Positions 60,138-64,000 of a stretch of DNA of 64,000 bases are shown one piece after another. The translations under genes and the position numbers were made by a program. The notes beneath the pieces were generated by a model, which worked only from the letters and a program-made list of their open reading frames with translations, was not told the DNA's origin and searched no databases. Numbering within the stretch: position 1 is the stretch's first letter; every line of letters starts with the position of its first letter. The stretch covers positions 35,193-99,192 of IMG/VR virus record IMGVR_UViG_3300008255_000115; one strand, written 5' to 3'. Source of the stretch: a virus.

Positions 60138-60388
60138 GTAAATTCAGTATTCAGTTAATTTTAAGCTAATGCTAGTTTATTCTGTTGTTATGCCTCTAAA
60201 CCACACCCCCTGTTATATCCTTAATTAGAGGGGATGGCAGGATTTGAACCTGCGTCTACAGAAAAGTAATTAATAACTGACTGACTTTACCAATGATCCT
60301 CATGCTTAAGCTTTGACCCAACACTAATGCTAATTACCTAGAATAGATAATGCTTATGTTGATGCTTAGGCTAAGGTCTTCTTCCTAG
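60138..60388 (-). ncRNA. Circularly permuted tRNA-mimic ncRNA (YrlA/Y-RNA-like architecture) with hexamer repeats
   Basis: 5'->3': UCUGU, AGAC, T arm GCAGG-UUCAAAU-CCUGC, CAUCCCC, loop, GGGGGUG, D arm GUUUAGAGGCAUAAC, ACAGA; closed by GUAAAGUCAGUCAGUUA/UAACUGAAUACUGAAUUUAC. The 5' boundary is approximate. Confidence 0.75.
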
Positions 60389-61168
60389 TTATCCAAACAG
60401 ATAACTAAATATTTTATCAGAATCTAAATTAGATTCCACAACTTCTACTTCATTACATCTTTTTAAAGCTTCTATAATTGAAGTTGTTAAAGTTGTTCTT
60501 CTTTTTAAAGCTTCAGCTCTTTTTCTTTGAGTCCATTGACCTGAAAATCTTTGTTGAGTATATTCTCCTAATTCAACAGTAGTAGTTTTAGTAGCTACAG
60601 TTGGTGTATAATTTGGAGAATTTTTATCTACATTTGGATCTTTAAGAATGTAATTTTCTTTTTCAGTAGTTATACTTACACCTTCTATTAAAGGTGTTTC
60701 AAATATTTCTTTACCTTTGTACATCTCATTCTCTGAAAGAGACCATTCTTCAGAATCACTTCTTACAGGAATAGATTCAATCATTCCATGTAATCCTGTA
60801 GTTTCTACTAAACTTTTAAGCCTTAATAGTTCTAAAGAAGTATATTCTCCCCAACTATTTCCTTCAACAATAAGTTCAGCTTTTGCTATTCCAGAAGCAT
60901 TTGTAGCTTCTTGTGCAAATAATGCATCAATATATTCTTTAGCATTTTCTTTAAACCATCTTAATTTTTCATCCACAGTAGTTTGTACTAATGTATTACC
61001 TCTTTTATTAGGTTCATCAATAGTACCTTCTTTTGCTTCATATGTTCTCTTTTCACCTAAAAAAGCTCCTTGAGATTTTGTAAAGAATTTAGCATAATCT
61101 TGGATCATACCTTTAAATATTGGTGCTAAAGAATCTGTTTTAGCCAATAATACATTTAATTTGTTCAT
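60389..61168 (-). CDS. Uncharacterised 259-aa protein directly upstream of the permuted tRNA-like RNA
   Basis: Long helices plus a beta hairpin (EKRTYE, TPTVATKTTTVELGEYTQQRFSG); no TROVE/Ro60 features recognised. Confidence 0.8.
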   Translation of the reverse strand: MNKLNVLLAKTDSLAPIFKGMIQDYAKFFTKSQGAFLGEKRTYEAKEGTIDEPNKRGNTLVQTTVDEKLRWFKENAKEYIDALFAQEATNASGIAKAELIVEGNSWGEYTSLELLRLKSLVETTGLHGMIESIPVRSDSEEWSLSENEMYKGKEIFETPLIEGVSITTEKENYILKDPNVDKNSPNYTPTVATKTTTVELGEYTQQRFSGQWTQRKRAEALKRRTTLTTSIIEALKRCNEVEVVESNLDSDKIFSYLFG

Positions 61169-61171
61169 TTT

Positions 61172-61426
61172 TTAATTTTTAAGGTTGTTAATAAAATTTT
61201 CTACTTTTTTTCTAAGTATTTCAGGATCATCATTATAAAAATTTTGTATTCCTTGAGTATTGTTATTTTCAAGATATATTGTAGCTCTATGAAAACAATT
61301 CCCTCTCATAAAAGATTTTGTTCTATGAAATTCATAATATACTCTATCTACTGAGTCTTTGTTAAATGGATCTTTAAACTCAGAAGGCAATTTAATACTT
61401 TCTGAGTTGTTTGTTATATCTGTCAT
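61172..61426 (-). CDS. Hypothetical protein (84 aa)
   Basis: Operon ORF. Confidence 0.65.
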   Translation of the reverse strand: MTDITNNSESIKLPSEFKDPFNKDSVDRVYYEFHRTKSFMRGNCFHRATIYLENNNTQGIQNFYNDDPEILRKKVENFINNLKN

Positions 61427-61438
61427 AGTATTTATTAT

Positions 61439-62575
61439 TTAAAAAACATCTGGATCATACCATGTTATTTTATTCTGATCAAAGCCTTCTAAAGCTTCTT
61501 TTACCCATTTTTCATCCACTGTATTTTTAAAACAGAGAATGTCTATATTGGCCATATCATCAGGATTTAATCTTAACATTCTACCTACTCTTTGAGCAGA
61601 GCTTCTATTATTACCATAAGCATGCATTATAATACAATGTTTAAGTCCTATAATATTTGCACCTTGAGATAACTGATGAACACATGATAGTTTATTAATA
61701 ATACCTTGTTCAAACTTTTCCATATTAAGTTCTGAATCTTTATTATCACTATGATAACTATGAGCACATAATTTATCTGCTTGTTGTCTCTCATTTGCAA
61801 AGAGAATACATTTTTCATTAGTCTCAGTTAGTAACTTCTCAGCATATGATTCCTTTGTATAAAAACCTTTCATAGCATTCATTCTAAGGATACTCATAAT
61901 TTGTAGTTCTTTGGTGCTAGAAGCATTATCAATTCTATCAGACCAGTAGTTATAATTTTCAAATTCAGAAGTATACCATGATTTGGTTACTATACCTTCT
62001 TTATCTTTAATTTCTACTTTGTGATTTTTTACTTTGCTCAGATCAAGCATATGAATTGTAATATTATAATCATTTAAAATATCATCTTCTATTGCTTCAT
62101 CTGTTAAATAAGTAAATCTGATAGGACAATACTTGTTAATCATTTTAGCTTTTTCAGAATGTTTCCATTTTGGTGCTGTTCCTGTTACACCAATAATAAT
62201 ACCTTTAAATTGACTCAACCATGGATTATGAGATAATTTAAGTGAATGACATTCATCTAAATATATTACATCATAATCTAATGATTGTTTAGTAAGAGAT
62301 CTATAAGTTGAAAAATCTACACTATCAATCAAGTGGTTCATATTCCATTTATCTGATTCTTCTTTCCAATTTTGAATTATTCTTTTGATAGGAGCAACAG
62401 CTAATGCTTTAGGTTTTCTATTTTCAGTTCTTTGGTATTTATTAACTACAAGTTGAAAATGTTCTAAACATAATCTTGTTTTACCAACTCCCATACTGAC
62501 TGCAGCACCGGAGTATTTATACTTACGTATGGCCTCTAAGGCCTCTTTGCGTACATCATCCTTAGTTTTAGCCAT
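61439..62575 (-). CDS. Superfamily 2 helicase (DExH)
   Basis: MGVGKT, DECH, TGT, QGANI, QRVGRMLR. Confidence 0.9.
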   Translation of the reverse strand: MAKTKDDVRKEALEAIRKYKYSGAAVSMGVGKTRLCLEHFQLVVNKYQRTENRKPKALAVAPIKRIIQNWKEESDKWNMNHLIDSVDFSTYRSLTKQSLDYDVIYLDECHSLKLSHNPWLSQFKGIIIGVTGTAPKWKHSEKAKMINKYCPIRFTYLTDEAIEDDILNDYNITIHMLDLSKVKNHKVEIKDKEGIVTKSWYTSEFENYNYWSDRIDNASSTKELQIMSILRMNAMKGFYTKESYAEKLLTETNEKCILFANERQQADKLCAHSYHSDNKDSELNMEKFEQGIINKLSCVHQLSQGANIIGLKHCIIMHAYGNNRSSAQRVGRMLRLNPDDMANIDILCFKNTVDEKWVKEALEGFDQNKITWYDPDVF

Positions 62576-62586
62576 AATAATTAGTT

Positions 62587-63162
62587 TTAGTTTATAGAAT
62601 TTAGATTAGCAATGGGATGATAATCTACATTTAATATATTTTGAAGAGTACCTTCCATCTCATAATTTTTTGGTTCCCATTCTCCAGATAAGTTTTCATC
62701 ATATATTAATACTGGATTATCTTTATCTGTTCTATCTATTTTGTATACAATATTACAATGTGTAGCTGCTGTTTCAAGTGTGAGATATACTACTTCAATT
62801 TTATCATCCATTTCAGATACTCTTTTACCTTTCATGGCTTTTTTAATATCCTCTATAGATTTGTTATTATATTTGTTTATTGATATACCCCAACCTTCAG
62901 TTATGAATGCTATTACAAGAGGTTTAACATTTTCTAATGAGTCTCTAAACAATTCTTTTAAAGCACGTTTAGTAACTTCATTAGCTAACATTGGTTCAAA
63001 ATCACTTAAGATACCTATTTCTTTACAAATAGCATCTTTTTTATACATATATGCTGCTAGCATTGGTCTAATTTCTTTTGCTTCTTTAAAAACATTAGTA
63101 ACTAGTTTACACATTTCTTCTTGAAAATTTTTAATTTCTTTATTAAATTCTGTTGTTGTCAT
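62587..63162 (-). CDS. Hypothetical protein (191 aa)
   Basis: Operon ORF; FITEGW motif. Confidence 0.7.
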   Translation of the reverse strand: MTTTEFNKEIKNFQEEMCKLVTNVFKEAKEIRPMLAAYMYKKDAICKEIGILSDFEPMLANEVTKRALKELFRDSLENVKPLVIAFITEGWGISINKYNNKSIEDIKKAMKGKRVSEMDDKIEVVYLTLETAATHCNIVYKIDRTDKDNPVLIYDENLSGEWEPKNYEMEGTLQNILNVDYHPIANLNSIN

Positions 63163-63198
63163 AAGGAACTATTTTAATTGTTAATTTAATTTTAATTT

Positions 63199-63867
63199 TT
63201 ACTTTCTATGTCTAAAAGATTCTTTTAAATCAAATCCATGAGTTACTATTTTTTCAGTATCAGTTTGTTTGTTAGGTATTTCTGGATTATTTACTAACCA
63301 ACCTAAGAATTGAGATATATCTTGATATATTTCTTCTGCTGGATAAAAAGCTGCCATACCATATTCAGATAATATAGGAATATTCCATTTAGCATCTTCA
63401 TGTTTATTATACTCTCCAAAATAAGAATTATAAATTTTAGTAATTGGAGTATCAAACTCAAAACTTTCAGAACAATAAACCCTTATAAGAATTGGTTGTC
63501 TAGTTACTTTATTAACAATTGTTTCTCTATTATGTCTTTTATAGTAGTTTGTTGCTTGTTCTATTGTTGATACTTTCTTTTTATTATATTTTGTAGACTC
63601 TGGTAATATACCTACTACATTATCTTTAATAAGTATATTATTTAATTCAAGTATTTCTTCAGGAGTATGATAATACTTTTTTTTATAATAATGAAGTATA
63701 AATAGTCTGTTACATATAGCAAAAGTATATTCTAAATAATTATCACTTAGAAAATTACTTGGTTTTTCTAAATGCTTTGCTCTTCTATCATAAATTATTT
63801 TTTCATCTATTCCATAGATACCTTGTAAATAATCATAATAATCTTTATGTTTAGTCAATAATTTCAT
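63199..63867 (-). CDS. Hypothetical protein (222 aa)
   Basis: KDYYD N-terminus and KI..HGFD.K.SFR C-terminus. Confidence 0.75.
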   Translation of the reverse strand: MKLLTKHKDYYDYLQGIYGIDEKIIYDRRAKHLEKPSNFLSDNYLEYTFAICNRLFILHYYKKKYYHTPEEILELNNILIKDNVVGILPESTKYNKKKVSTIEQATNYYKRHNRETIVNKVTRQPILIRVYCSESFEFDTPITKIYNSYFGEYNKHEDAKWNIPILSEYGMAAFYPAEEIYQDISQFLGWLVNNPEIPNKQTDTEKIVTHGFDLKESFRHRK

Positions 63868-64000
63868 CTTTTTTAGTTTTTTTATAATAATAAATTCCTA
63901 ATCCTCCTAGTGCCAACCACTCTATTCCTCCATTAATTGGCACTCCTGTTTGGGTGCATCTTGGGTGTGTGGGGTTTTGCATACACCAACATGGTGAAAA
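63851..64000 (-). CDS. C-terminus of a truncated gene ending in a PID-CTERM-like sorting signal
   Basis: Open frame from 64000: FSPCWCMQNPTHPRCTQTGVPINGGIEWLALGGLGIYYYKKTKKDEIID*. Confidence 0.55.
   Translation of the reverse strand, partial: FSPCWCMQNPTHPRCTQTGVPINGGIEWLALGGLGIYYYKKTKKDEIID

Noticed and set aside
60138-60290. Two-piece (permuted) tmRNA
   Set aside because: No G3.U70 pair or A73/CCA alanine identity, a D stem is present, and no tag reading frame or pseudoknots are evident.
60290-60388. CRISPR array or tandem DNA repeat
   Set aside because: Repeats are degenerate hexamers without unique spacers, and there are no cas genes; treated as part of the ncRNA.
36133-63124. Shadow ORFs opposite real genes (36133, 39565, 43726, 44382, 47655, 50145, 51704, 53626, 55640, 56513, 60717, 62741)
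   Set aside because: Antisense to better-supported genes, with no independent evidence.
1-64000. Stop-codon reassignment (TAG/TGA recoding known in some crAss-like phages)
   Set aside because: Multi-kb ORFs are intact and tightly packed in the standard code, and TGA and TAG serve as real stops.

Overview
AT-rich (about 28-30% GC by eye), gene-dense segment of a large lytic phage of the crAss-like (Crassvirales-related) type, most likely infecting a Bacteroidota host (TAnnTTTG promoters, PID-CTERM-like signal). It reads cleanly in the standard genetic code. 1-28947 (+) holds five giant virion cargo/ejection genes. One is a 3775-aa virion RNA polymerase (DFDID motif) with zincin and DUF4326-like insertions, and another is a 2045-aa protein with an ART-PolyVal-like ADP-ribosyltransferase and a zincin domain. 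A bidirectional terminator follows. 29015-64000 (mostly -) holds replication, repair and accessory genes: PolB, primase, DnaB, SSB, Sak4-like ATPase, RuvC, PD-(D/E)XK nuclease, ligase, UNG, dUTPase, SF2 helicase, macrodomain, a WGR-PARP, a MoxR/VWA pair whose VWA gene is split by a group I intron with a LAGLIDADG gene, and a small + strand lysis cassette. Most unusual observations: (1) a circularly permuted, Y-RNA/YrlA-like tRNA mimic with hexamer repeats directly after a 259-aa non-Ro60 gene, followed by a second tRNA-like RNA with a UUA anticodon and a 75-nt variable arm; (2) the three largest ejection proteins appear Cys-free except for single Cys at facing termini, suggesting head-to-tail disulfide chaining; (3) a writer/eraser ADP-ribosylation set with a H-Y-E PARP; (4) one helical motif shared by six proteins, three of them flanking the MoxR/VWA locus. 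All assignments come from motifs read by eye; no database search was run.
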